NCBI GenBank assembly: GCA_964247055.1
Contig: OZ176053.1
Location: 3,906,001-3,970,000, forward strand
Direction of reading: 5' to 3'
Length of the DNA stretch: 64,000 nt
Source: Paragordius varius
Taxonomy: Eukaryota > Animalia > Nematomorpha
Shown: piece by piece, positions 27,286 through 42,639 of the stretch
Layout of the letters: every line of letters begins with the position of its first letter
How positions within the stretch are numbered: position 1 is the stretch's first letter
Translations under genes and position numbers: made by a program
Notes under the pieces: model-generated
What the model was told of the DNA's origin: nothing
Database searches by the model: none
Seen by the model: only the letters and a program-made list of their open reading frames with translations

Positions 27286-30200
27286 ATGATCCAAAATCCC
27301 GATATGTTTGACATAGATTTGTCCCATTTAACACCGGAGGAAAGGAATATTATTTTGAATGTTATGCACCGGGCCGCTAATGATTCTGTTGTAGTGAATA
27401 GCCAAAACGACAATAATAAAGAAACTCCGATCACAAAAACTGCGAATTATGTTACTCCAACTATTATACCGTCCTCGGAATTTTCTGCTGGGGCGGATAA
27501 CAAAAATGATAATTTTGAGGAAATCCCAATCTCAAAAGATGAAAATATTACGTATCCAATTTATAATTATCTCCCGTCTAGTCCCAGTAGCTCGGAATCT
27601 TCTATTGGGGTGGATGAGAAAAACGCTATTCAGGATGAAATCCCAATCTCACAAGGTGAAAATATTGCAACTCCAACTCATTCTCTACCTTCAAATTCTA
27701 GTAGTTCGGAATCTATTGTAGAAAATTTAAAATGCCCTACCTCCTCTAAACCTCATGAGACTCCATTTGTACCGGATGTTACCGTTTTACCAAATGCCAG
27801 CATTGAAAAAGAGCACCCACGTTTAAAAACAATTGAATCTCAACATTCTCTAGAGAATGACATTCCTATAACTAATGAGAATGACATAGAGAAAACATAT
27901 TCTATAATTGAAACAAAAACTCAAAATTATAATCATAATTCAATTCTGGATTCAGACTTAGATAATGTTAATAAACCGATTTTAACGGAGTCAAATGCTG
28001 TAAAAATATCCACGCCTCCAAAATGTGTCATTGAAACGCCTGCCATATGCAGAGCTAGGTAAACATTTTAAATACACATGCGATTTTTATACTATAGATA
28101 ATTCACAGGAAAAGCTATAAGAGTTCAACAATAAAATTAAGGATTAAGGGTGATTATAAATATTATTATTTTACAAAAATTTCTTGAAAAAAATTTAAAT
28201 ATTCCCCAAAATGTGTTACTAAATCAGCTGATATATATCAAAGAATTTGTTTGCTTCAAAATTAAATAATAATAATCTATATTTTACTAAACTAGGACCG
28301 ATACGAAATTCCTTAAAAAAGGTATATGGTAAATTTTGAGATGAGGTTTACATGTTACTGTTGTAGTGTAACATTTATAACATATTTTCAGGCCATGGAA
28401 AGAGTCTCATCTTTGTATTCTTACAATAACCCATTATAATAATTAAACATTTATTCTTACAAGAAAATATTAACTGTCATACTTTTAATGTAGACATACT
28501 AAATTCTGTATATACTAAAGGTTAATATATTTATTTTTGTGCAGCAAAGAGTGATAAAATATATAATTTAAGCAAATAGATGCGCTGTCTAATATTTTGC
28601 CACAAACAAATAAGATGGGATGCAACAAAATCGATATCACAAATAACATACATATAACGCAGCATTTGCCTTTTACATATTGGCAAAAAAACAAACTATA
28701 TACTACCGTGGTCAGGTTTATCCTTAGCAGACAGATAAAATAATTCCATGAATTGCTGTCGATATGCATATGGCTCTTTATATTTTATGCTAGCAGAAAT
28801 ATTACAGAGTGTGCACGGGGCTAATAAAAAAGATCCTACATGGTGATATTGGTTAAGGAGTTTTCGAGTCATTCGATAAAGTTATTTCATTATTATGGTA
28901 ATTGCTTATGAAAAATCGCATATGCTAAATAATTGTTTTGATAAAGTTTTTCACGCCAAAATTATTATGCAATTCAAACTAAACTAAGCATAATAAAATC
29001 GATACAAACCTTAATTTTTTATGTGAGCTTTGAAACTATATTGGGCTTTGCTAAAATGGGTACTATTCTTAAATTATTCAAAAAGGAGTTGTACGTAGTA
29101 GCGATTTTAATTTGCTGAAAATTTTAGCAAAATTTTAATGAAGCGCATTTGATATAAACTAGGTGTACGGTTTAAGAACAATTTTAAATATCTAACTTTG
29201 ATTAAATTTGATGCTGATGAATATTTTTATCACTCTACTTTTGATTAAAAAGCCGCATACCTTTATAATATGTAAGGAAAATGTTTAAATATCTCCAAGT
29301 GTTTTTATAAAGTACAATACCAAAAAATATGCTTTTTCCAAAATTAAAATTTTAAAGCAATTTTGATGTCCTAATCTCACCTAATAATATGGTTATCGGG
29401 CAATTTCGAAGGCTCGTACTTAAATCGTTTTGCTTTTTCTATAGTTAGACATATTTTCAATGAAAATAAAGTCTAAAGCTTTCGAAAATAATAATTATCT
29501 AGCATAATGTGGGTATTTTGCGATTTTTTATTTACTGGTTAGATTAATTATCTATTTTAGCTATAAATTATAAGCCAACAATAAAAAAGCACATTTATAC
29601 AGGTTTTAGTATCAATTTAACTATGTATTTACCGATATTTAATCATAACCAATATAGTTGTCCAGGTATGCTATTTTTAGGGATATTCGATTGACATCTA
29701 ATTAAATAAATGAGCAAAAAATATATTAATCAAAGCAGTTTTCACATTTATACAATGTATTTTTGATTTTTGAGAAAACTCGTGAAAATGTTTTTCTGAA
29801 TGTTTTAAATTAAAATAAAAAATATTCGAATGGTTTTGACTTTAACAAGAAATTAACCAGGTGTAGTCAAAATTTTTTACCGGTTTTTCAGTAAAAAACA
29901 TGATTTTAGAAAATTGATTTATTTCATTTAAAATAATGTACATCAGCTTCTACATATTTCGCCCATCTATCCGGTAAGATATGAATGCTAGGCCATATAA
30001 ACTGATTGTTATGCCATTCAACCTCTTCAAAATAAATGTATTACTGCTCGCGAGGGTGAGCTCTAATAATTGGAGGTTAAATTAGTCAGATTGCGCCAGG
30101 TCAGGATAGTTTAGCGGATGTGAAGGTATCTTTTACTGGTTTTGCTTTGCGAGATGGGGCATTGTCATGTAGAATCGCCTTAATATGTCTTCTGGTTAAC

Positions 30201-33200
30201 GATCGTTTTTCAATCGAATGTATGGTTAAAATTAATTATTTGTTAGCGGTGGCGTTGTGTAGTAACAGTTTCACTGGGTTTCAGTTTCAAATTATAAGTT
30301 TCTCTTGTCCAACAAAACAGTGATAATCCCCACAAAATTTAAAGAGCCACAAAAAATTTACTAGTCTCAAGATATACCATATAATACTCATAAAAATTTC
30401 ATAGCTGTTTGACACATTTGGAAATATAAACACTGAAATAAATACATTAAATTGACTAAATAATTCAGGGCTATAAAAAAGTACGTTTAGGGCCGCGATT
30501 TGAGTACCACTGCAACAGACACAGAGTACGGTATTCTCGCCAAAGCGATTAGGTATTAATGTTGATGAACCGACTTAGCAAGGTAAAAGCCACAATTTTT
30601 CAGTTTGGATATACAAAATAAACGTTTTTCATCACCCGTTCCCATTCGATGCAAAAATGATTTGTTTTCGTAGGTTAAAGCAGGGTTTTACAAGCCACTC
30701 TGCGATTTTTGATGTGACGCTAATTAAAATCCTGTATCAACTCATTTACTCAGTTTATTGTTTTTTTTTCATTAATTCTATTGATCGTTTTTTTTGCCAT
30801 ATATGAAGTGTTGCCAATTATTGTTAATTTTGAGTTGGGTAATCCAATTACTCTTGTAATTTAGTGTCCTCGCAGTTGTGTGGTCTGCCAGGGCACTTAC
30901 ACTCGTTCACATGAAATCACATATTTAATAATTGAAACGATGTTTCCCATGTCGACAGAATGCATGTTTAACATATGTTTTTGCCAGCAAACCATAATTA
31001 CAGCATTTTTCTTCGATGGCTGTGTTTGCCGCTTTTTTCCAGCACAAAATTCGACATGATTACGGAATCATAAAATAAGACACTCGTTTTTGGCACACTC
31101 AACTTCTGTTTGTTGTCTTTAGTTTCAGATGAACAAAAGGGAATCTGTATCTAATTAATCGCCTGCGTACTTTTCGCCTCGTCTCTTAGTGAAACCGGTA
31201 ATAACTTATTACACCTGTAATACATTTTGTAAGAAATAGACTTAATTAACTGTTAAAAAAATAGTAGAGATTTTTTTGACAACTGATTGCTGGATGTGAA
31301 AAGTCTTTTTCCCTATGATGCAGGTTGTTGCGCATAGAGAATAAGATTGTTTTTTGCGGCTCGATTAACTAATATATAGAAATACTTTCGTTATTTTCAT
31401 ATAAAATTATTCCCTAATTAACAAATCAATAAAACCATTTAGGAGAGACTCTTTTCCTTTTCTTAATTCTAGAAATTTTGTAAAATGACCAATAAAAAAT
31501 TGGTCACAATCTGTATTGGTCATTTTTTTAAATTTTTGAAGTTTCTATATCATCCCAACATTAACTAGATTTATGACAAATTAACCGAAAATGGTGGCTA
31601 ATGTTTTAGCAAACAAAATATGCATTCTATGCTAACAGGCTAATAATTTTTCGGTGCCATATATTTGGGTTGGAAATTTCACCCATATGCGATTGCTGGA
31701 TACTCATTTTTCAAATTATTTTATTTTTATCAAACCCATATTTTTAAACAACCAATCCAAATTATATTTATATTTAGCGACAATGAAAACGAAACTCATA
31801 CAACTATTCAAAGCATATTAAGTGAGCCTTCTTCCAATTTATTAATCACAACTCCCAATCCTTCAAAAATAAAAGAAAGGAGCTATGTATATTTATGTTA
31901 ACACATATTTTAATTAAATTTTAATCTATAATCCTATATAATCTAAAAAGCTGTTTAAAAAGAAATCATATATATTTTGTATTTATTCAATTAATTGATA
32001 AAGTACATTTATTGGCATTTTTTATATAAAAGGGCGCCACTTAAAAAAGAATAATTATAAAGTATTTTTTATCCTGAAATATATCATAAACAAACAGATG
32101 ATATCACTAGACAACAAATTTTAACTTTTTTTAACTGCCATTCTTGCAATTTTAAAATTTATTCCATTAAAGTACATAATTAGTATATCTGAAAAGAAAA
32201 TTGATCTTACATGGAAGAATTTTTTTATATTAGAGTTTATCGATAATTTTTGGCCCCGATTTAACATTAAACTCGAAATTTCGAAAATTTAAAGTTTTAG
32301 ATATGAAGCCATGTATTTTATATCATTCGAAAGAGCGCAAAAAACTGCATCTTTTAAATGGTAGTAAGTCATTTAAATCCATCGGATGTAAAAGTTATTT
32401 GGGTTTAAATGGTCAAAATTTTCAATCCTTTAATAAGTCAAGAATTTTCGCAGACAAACTAATTTGTAAATCATATAAATTATTTTAATATAATTATTAG
32501 GGTTATATAAGTATTTAATTTAAAGAAATGTTTGAAAAAGCTTTTGGTTTGCTTTTTTAATAAAAATTATTATTGTCATAAATATTTTACCTAGTGGATA
32601 CTAAAATGCATAGTTATAACTGTAAATTTATTACATAATGGCTATAAAAGATCAAAAATACCTTAAACTTTGTTTTTATCTTTAAATTTTTGAAATTATC
32701 AGCCTTGTAAAGAAAATAAATTAATATTGATGAGATGGGACTTTTTAAAAAACAAAAAACTTAAAAATGGCTGTTTTGAGTGACATAAAAGCAATAAAAA
32801 ATGTTTTAATCAAAAAAAAACTTTCTTGTTTATCTTTTTTGGACATTCATCTCCATCTAAACAAAGTTTGAGCTATTTTCATCCATTAGTTTTAAAAATA
32901 TAATAATTAAAAAAAATGCTCTCGCTTCGCGCGTTTGTCGCTCTTTGTGTCCAATATTAACTGTCGATGTAATTATACATTTTATAGAGTTTTTAATACT
33001 CTTTCAAATGATATATTACAAACGGGCATTACTTGTATATTTTCAAAAAAAAACATTTTTTAGTAAAATTTTGATAAAGAGGGCGCATAATCAAAAAAAT
33101 CAAATTATACAAAATTCTTCCAACGAGTTATAATTTTTATTTCAGATTTACTGTTAAAATGATATTAAATATCAAAAAATGCAAAAAACTCGAGTGGCAG

Positions 33201-36200
33201 AAAAATTTGTTGTCTAGTGTATTTAAACAAATTTAAAAATGTTAAAGGTAAAATATTTTATAGGTTACAAATGTTGTGGTGGCCGATCCCCATGTAAAGA
33301 TAATAGCGGAAACGACACCAAATGTTTCCTTATCATTAATTATACCGACTCTAGCTCAATCAATTGGCTCCCTCAAAAGCAATACCATTGAAATAATTCA
33401 ATCTTCTGAACAATCAGTCGATCCTTATTTATCGTCGCCCACAAACTTTTATTCTCCGGCAAATGAAGAAATTACGGATCTTAAAGAAATCATTATGGAC
33501 CGTCTATGCAAGGGAAAACTTTTGGTTAATTTTTAAACAATTTAATATTTTAAAAAATCTTGTAAAATAAACATCAGTCCCTTTTTAACGACTTAATAAC
33601 AAATCTATTAATAATTTTTAGGCAAAAGCTTCGTGTTCTCAAACCCCTATAGGAAATGAAAATGTTTTGTGTAATCAGGATCAGCCTAAAGTTCCAAAAA
33701 ATTTGATCTCTGAATTGAATGATTTAATATCTATTTTATCCTTGACTGTTTTAAATGAATCTACGGATTCTCTGACAAGTGCTCAAAAAGCTAAAATATT
33801 TCTTCCAAATACGCTTAAATGGATATGTGATCTAACCACTAATGATAAACACCTAAATAATCATAGTTACATGAATAAGTTGCCACGAGATGGATATCAT
33901 TATAATTTTTCATCCATGTATCTGTTAAATCCTGGGATAGTTGCCTTACAAAATGACTTGAAACTTTACATTAGAAAGGGTAGAGAATCTGGTATATCGG
34001 ATTCTAAAGTCACTACCACCACCATTCCTTTGTATTATGGAAATAAAATTAAAGCCGAAACTACTCAAATAAGTGATCAAGAAGAACCCAATTACAATCT
34101 TTCTAAGGAAAATATATTGGAACATGGTTATGAAAATAACCTTGTTGGAAATATAATACCTCCAACACTTATGCAACGGATTGATGCAAAAATCAAAGAA
34201 AAATTAAGCCTTTCAAACCAAATGATTCAACAACTCGTAAATTCCGTCCATAATGCCGTGTATTTACCCACAAATTGTTGCATCCCAATACATGATAAAA
34301 TTAAGGATCACTTTGAAAGGGAAACTATAATGGCTGATGGCGAAAATAACTTTAATAGCGACAACTATAATTATGCAAGTAACTATATGATACCAGTCCA
34401 AAAATTAAATCTTTACAATGTACCCGAGGATGAAATGTAAGATTTTTACAATTTTTGATATTTTTTCAGTTTGAGTTAAATTAAATCTGTATTAGAAAAG
34501 AATTACAAAATATACGATATCTAAAAACAAAATATTTATAGATATTACATTGAGGATTCTGGCTATGCACCCCACATAATTAATGCCGACGAAGTGATTG
34601 AAGTACCAAAGTTTAAAATTATAGTATTAATCTAAAATAAATATGATATATATCTTCTATCTTCACATATTATTATCACATTCAGAGTCAATCATTATTG
34701 TTTAATAATAAAATTAATATAAATGAAACGCTGGCTTCTATTCCAAACACCACTTATTACGGTAAAACTATATATGTTAATTGATTTCCTTCCAAAAAGT
34801 CATTTATTTTTTAATATAAAAGCTTTTTTATATAATTGAAATAATAAGGTTTATAACAACAATATACTTAATATTTTACTTTAATTACTTACGCATTAAG
34901 ATGAAAGAAAATTCGGTATTGAATTCAAATTTGTGCAAAATGTAATAACCAACAGCATTGATATATTTGTCAAAAACATTTTTGTCCTTCACAATGCAAA
35001 TGAATTGCCCGACATTCAAATTGGTATTATTTTTCGCAATAATTAACATTTTGTGGGTTATTAATTACATTTCTCAAATTTATATTAAAAAGATATTTTT
35101 CTAAATTAAACAGAGAAATATTAATTAATGATGATAGATAAATATTGATTGGCAAGAGTATGTTATTTATATTTTATCTAATCCAAGTTTATAAATATTG
35201 ACTGGACACAAACATCATTTATACTCGATCTATTTGCAATTTCGGACATAAAATACAATTGAAACACAATTAATAAGTTGGTTTTCAAAGATTTTGTCCC
35301 GAGCGCGTATCAAAGTCGTAGCTGGAGGGGGAAAGGGGTGACACACCGAACGGCATAGTTAAAGGGGCGCCGGATTTTGAAAAATTTTAATTTTATTTAA
35401 AAAAAATAGGTGTTTAAAAGCTATTATTTTTAAATAATTAGTAAAAAAATCATCCATTTATGAGTGGTCATGATTACGGTTTGAATTTAATTATTTTTTA
35501 AAATGCAAGGGGTCTCATGGAGGGGGAGGGGGCGCCATAACGGATTTATACACCGGGCGTCTGAAAAGCAAGCTACGTTACGCGTATTGTACAAGTTATA
35601 TAAAAATAGCCATCAGTATTTATATATATTAGCTGCGCATCATAGCATTTTTGAAATACATGGGTATATTCCTATCAAAGATGCAACACAAAACGACAGT
35701 AAATGATTTTTATCACAACATGAACTATATAAACCGGTGGTTTCTAAACCGCGGACCTAAACGTGCCTTTTTATGGCCCATAATTAATAATTAAACTTTT
35801 TGATTCACTTATTTCGACTATAAATATCTGCCATCTTGTCAAACATCTTTATCAGTTTTATATGGTTCGCGCCCCTAGAGACAAAATAAATATTTTTTGC
35901 GGCTCTTCAAATTTTTTTGTTAAGTATCACTGATATAAACGGCAAGTAAAAATTTAAAATATATATAAAAAACTTTATCCGTCAACATTCTCCCTTTCAA
36001 ATTAATTTCTATTGTACTTTTAAAGTTCTGCATTTCCTTTCTTAATGATGAGAAATGCCTTAAACTGTCCTGGTAAATTTATGTCATATTTTGAAAACCA
36101 ATGAGATTTTAAATGGTGTTCTTGATAGTTTAAGTAAATACCAAGAAATTTTCAAAGAGATAAAATGTTTTAGTAAAACGCGCTAAAGTCGTTATTTGGC

Positions 36201-39200
36201 TTTTGGTGTTTGCTTATAATTTGTCCATGATCCCCGTTATTTTGTACAGCTTTCAAATTAATATTAATGTAAAACTTTATTCATATGCACTGTATAACAA
36301 AGGTATCATTCTAAATTCTTATATTGTTTTAAGATTTTATCTATTCACTATTATATCAATTTACACAATGCCATTATCGCTATTAATCATTTCTTTTTAC
36401 ACTTTCAAGATGTACTGTGTAATGATTAACAGAGAAAAGCAAATTAAATAATTGGTAGCATTTTTGCTGAACATTTTTTAGTAGAGCAGCAACACACTTT
36501 ATCGATCGCTAATTAACTTACACTGTTAATAAAGTGTAAATAGGAATGGAGAGGTAAGTCTATTCACACTCTTTGTCCGTTAATGCTTTTATTTTCGCAC
36601 GCCTAATGTCAAGACCTGATAAACTCCAATATATATTGGTTTTTGTTCAGAATTTATGGACTTGTATGACTCTTATATTTATTGATTTTGTTTTAGTCTA
36701 TACATTTTACTTTCTTTCATATTAATTAACAAGTGGTAAGTCCATACTTTAATTACATGCCAAATTTATGATTTATTTACTGATAGATACTTTTTTCATT
36801 AATTATTCATCATTTTTTTTAAATTCTAGATAAAAATCTTTTATTTTGGAATTATTAATTTGATTCCCATAAGTTAATATTATTTCTGATATTTGGAACA
36901 TTGTTTGTGGAAGTCCGATAAAATTCTCTCATATTTTGTCAAGTTTTACTTTATTAAATTATATAATTTATGTTCTTCCTCAAAATTACAAAATATTATA
37001 CTTTTAAAAATTATTTTTTTTAATTTTTCCCTATATTATTTGAATATCATTTTTTTACATAAAAGGTGATAAATTATTGTTTTGGGACGGAGTCTCTATG
37101 AAAGGAATGCAAAGTATATCCAATATAAAAAATGTCCTCTTTAATCATTCCATGCCAAAGGAAGTTACAGTTTACTTGGAAAGAAAGTTTTCAACTATTC
37201 ATATATATTTTTTAAATCATCATAAAATTGATTTTTATATTTTTTATACTTAATAATTTATTTATGTATGAATCAAAATAGGATACCAAAAACACATAGT
37301 TGTATACAACTTAACGATGAGCCAAATAAACATACTACTTTTAATGATAATTATAATTATGATGATAATAAAAAAATCAAAAGAAGGATAAAAGAAACGA
37401 CGAGAAGGAAAAATACCGCAAATTTGACAAACACAACAAATTTGAACTTAATCGTTAATCATACACCAATCGGTAGGTATAAAACAGATATTATTACATA
37501 TATATTACCTAATTTGCAAATATAAGCATGAGCAACGCTAAAATGATCTTATTTTTTGCCTCAAACAAAATATAATATTATGTATATATGTAATTTTGGT
37601 TTATTTCCATCATCGATTATATAACAAGGTGTTGACAAATTGCACATGCCTTTCATTGATGAAGAAAACTCTGACAAACCCATTTTTACGGAATACATGA
37701 ATATCCCGCCAGATATTTTGAAGAATCCCCATATTTTCGTAATTAATTTATTGTTGCGAAATTTATAATTCAAAATAAAAATTTGGCTATGAGTTTAATA
37801 TATTTCATTGTAACTTCGTTTATTAACTTACGTTAAATTACGATTAATTGATCATTTATGGTGCTTTAGCCACCAAACCAATTTAGTTATCATATATATT
37901 TTTTTATTTTTCGAAAGAGATTATATCTCGTTTATTTTATTAAAGTTATTTTCTCTAGAGATTAATTATTAAATTACATAATTGCTAGATTGTTAACTGA
38001 GTCGCAAATTAATGGCCAGTTAATCCCATATCTGGTCAAGATAAAATTCAATATATATAAACAGAAGCCGCTTTAAATATATTATTTTTTGGATGAACAC
38101 AATCAAAATTTTATAATGTATGTTTTATTAAACATCTTTATGGCCATTTCAGTTTTTTGTCTCGATGGTTTGAGATATTAAACTACTCCAAAAGGTCTAA
38201 AGTGTTAAATACGTAGTTATATCTATATTTTATTTAAACAGGATAGATATAAAGATACGCCTCAAGCGATTTTGCAGGTAATTAAATATTTATATTTTGC
38301 AATAGATTCGATTATATCATAATCCTTTAGCTAACATACTTAGTATAACTATTTGCAAGGCCACATTTTGCTGTGATTTACATATCAAAGATAATCCATT
38401 TGTAGTTATGCGTCTCCTACCCTTGGAATCGTAAGAAAAAATTCTACTTCTAATCTTACAATTATTTTCTCCTAATCGGTTTTTTGTAAATCATATTAAT
38501 TAAACAAATCAGCTTATGTTAACTTTTCGAATAAAGTACCAAATTTTTAGATAAACCCTAATGTTTGCGCTTTTGACCTATTACTTAGTTTGTGGATATT
38601 TTTGCGGTATTGTAAGGAGTAAATAACAATATAAAATAAAAATTTAACTTTTATGAAACATCATAACTTTGATATATACCATTCATACCTCGAACTCTCT
38701 CTAAAACTATTCAAATTCCCTCTTAAACAACAATTTAAATTCACCTGCTAACAATCGAATTTCAACCCTAAAAATAAATGTTGTTTTCGCCAAATATTAT
38801 AACTCATCATTAATATGGAATATTTCTTTATGGCATAATTTATTTTTTCAGTATTATGTTAATAATAAACGATACTTCATTTTATGGAAATGTGAAACAA
38901 TGGGTAAATTTTTATATTTAAAAACACCTAATTTATTTTAGGGTGAATTTGATTCAAGGGTGAATTTGATTTGTTCAAGGGTGAACTCGAATGTTTAAAG
39001 GTGAATAATAGTTGTAATAACATTTTAATATTTTTGTAAAAACGCGTCAAGATACTGGAAATAAGCCAGTACTTATTTCAAAAAAGAGGGTGACCATATA
39101 TATATGTTGTTACTTCTATATGCAAATTCTTGAATTATATATTTTATATTTAGACCATCACATATTAAACGAACTGACGCTTTGGATTCTATTAAGAATC

Positions 39201-39840
39201 ATGAATTTGATTGGTTCCAAACTTTCACATTTAAAAACGTAACAGTGCAACATTTAAAAAATCAATTCTTGGATTGTTCTCTGTGGATCTCTAGCACATC
39301 AGATACAAATGAAGTCCGTGCTATCCTTATAGGCATAACCCAAATTCAATTTAATGGTAAACCTATATATATATATATTATATATATATATATTATGGGC
39401 CGTTAAAATTAAACAATGTTTTAATTTCGAATTTTCATTAGTAAATGTGACATGATTTTCATTAAACACCTTAAAATAAACAATATTATATCAAAATCAT
39501 TTATATACATTCTGTAAAAATAAAAGATTGTAATTAAACACAAAACATATCAACGTGGTGTAAATTAGCCGTTTCTGTTTATCATTACTGTAAGTTTAGG
39601 CAAAAATGTGCCTTTTTTAATAGCAAATTACACAACGCAATCTTCCTATAAATTATCAAAATAATAAATGTTTAATTTAGTTGACATTTATCTCAGACAA
39701 AATAAATAAATAAAAATAATTTTATTTTAGATTCCAAGATTCTCGATAACCGACATTATTCTTTTGAACTATTTTACCCAAACCTGTGCCTAGCAAAATC
39801 TCTGTTAGATACAAAAGGGAATCCTATGGCTAATACATAA
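27286..39840 (+). CDS. RIM/Piccolo-family presynaptic scaffold-like protein (N-terminal Rab-binding helix, PDZ, one C2 domain)
   Basis: N-terminal IDLSHLTPEERNIILNVMHR matches RIM (DLSHLTEEERNIIMAVMDR). A PDZ is split over exons near 34900-35020 and 37056-37180 (FGIEFK...IQIGDKLLFWDGVSMKG...EVTVYLER). A C2A-like domain spans 38242-38277, 38306-38430, 39154-39357 and 39732-39840 (IRLYHNPLANILSITICKA...NPFVVMRLLP...FDWFQTFTF...LDCSLW). Linker exons at 28580-28715, 31778-31886, 33264-33524, 33622-34436, 37281-37471 and 37629-37739 join in phase but are less certain. Confidence 0.75.
28805..29400. mobile_element. Degenerate left-arm copy of the 12835-14052 palindromic element, in a RIM-like gene intron
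   Basis: Starts cagagtgtgcacgg, followed by catggtgatattgg, with internal aaaattttagcaaaattttaatgaagcgca resembling 13260-13295. The right boundary is approximate. Confidence 0.5.
29856..31220 (-). mobile_element. Full-length but decayed mariner, Mos1/mauritiana-like
   Basis: TIRs caggtgta...accggttt at both ends, next to TA. The minus-strand transposase pseudogene (31057 to 29924) reads MSNFVLEK..., SFLHRMGTGDEK, PNRFGENTVLCVCW, LKPSETVT, ILHDNAPSRKAKPVKDT, YPDLAQSD, IHILPDRWAKYVEADVHYFK*. This is collinear with Mos1, with many stops and frameshifts. Confidence 0.92.
30318..30512 (+). mobile_element. hAT MITE family B, nested in the mariner transposase
   Basis: Ends cagtgataatc...gagtaccactg. 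Candidate 8-bp TSD caacaaaa/caacagac (6/8). Internal sequence is homologous to 35735-35932 (inverted) and 47982-48193. Confidence 0.8.
32105..33219. mobile_element. About 1.1-kb non-autonomous TIR element (Tc1/mariner-like)
   Basis: Left end cactagacaacaaattt and right end aaatttgttgtctagtg followed by TA form a perfect 17-bp TIR, plus a subterminal tgcca/tggca mirror. No transposase ORF. Confidence 0.75.
35311..35579. mobile_element. Degenerate hAT-type MITE with GC-rich subtermini
   Basis: Ends caaagtcgtagct...agctacg. Flanks gcgcgtat/acgcgtat (7/8). The ggggcgcc subterminal motifs resemble the 51965 element. Confidence 0.6.
35735..35932 (-). mobile_element. hAT MITE family B
   Basis: Ends cggtggtttctaaac...gttaagtatcactg with a perfect 8-bp TSD atataaac (35727-35734 / 35933-35940). 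Confidence 0.88.
38677..39012. mobile_element. MITE family A (TA-flanked, 21-bp subterminal repeats), degenerate copy
   Basis: Left end tataccatt, right-arm repeats agggtgaatttga..., and internal ttatggcataatttatt shared with the other four copies. Confidence 0.7.
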
Positions 39841-39942
39841 TACTCAAATATATAGATATATAAATATAATATATATAAAATTTTATTAAATATATAAATT
39901 TTACTATACAATATAAAATAATATAATTTAGAATGTTTTTGG

Positions 39943-41721
<1,779 letters not shown>

Positions 41722-42639
41722 CGCCCAAAACAAACAAGCATGATGATTTCAAACATTCATTTATTCAAATTTAAATTTCAAACTCATATTTAACAAAAGC
41801 TTTATGGAAGGTTGTATTACTGTCTTAATGGATTTTTAAATGATAGTTTTATACAATGATCATATATTAAATCAATTTTGTTATGGAACCAGCATTCTTT
41901 TTATAAAAAGGGCCTAACGGATGTATTTGAGCATAATAACCTCCATAGATTTTATTACCTCATCCTAGATATAATAAATATTTTGAACTAAAGCTAAATT
42001 TAATCTTTTAACGATACATTAAAAAATATGACTATTTTAATTATAAACTATGATACCAATGAGCTACTCCGATATCAATTTTACAATCATTATTTAAAAA
42101 ATAATTGTATATATAAAAGCAAAATTATGCCACTTTGGCCTTATGCCCCTGTTCTACTCATAAAATTGAAAATTCATGAATATTTACATTTTTCAAACCA
42201 CTTAAAAACCCGCAATCTATAAATATTGGTAAAATAAATAAATTAATATAAATAAATATATATATATTTGTCAATTAATTAAATTTATTAATTTTTATAG
42301 TTATTACCCCAAAAACAAAATAATAATTGATTATTCATTTACTTTTCTTCAGATGGTATTAAATCATAAAAAAAAGTAATGTAATTTATTGGTGTGGTTA
42401 TTATTATGTTAATGATTTAGTAAGTCCTACTAAAAATGCTTTAGAAACGTTTTGCTCTTTAAATTTGGCAAAAAAGGCGACCTTAAATTACAAAAGGATC
42501 GTCCTTTATATGCGTTAACATAACCAAAATTATCCGATACATTTTCCGGAGCATAAGCAATATACCATATTGATAAGGAAATCATAATATTCCATTACAT
42601 GATACAACCTTTTCGAGAGGTAATATTTGTTAATTATAT

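Noticed and set aside
41722-41760. Upstream ATGs before SUMF1 as alternative starts or uORFs
   Set aside because: One closes after three codons and the other is out of frame. Without a TSS they cannot be placed in the mRNA.
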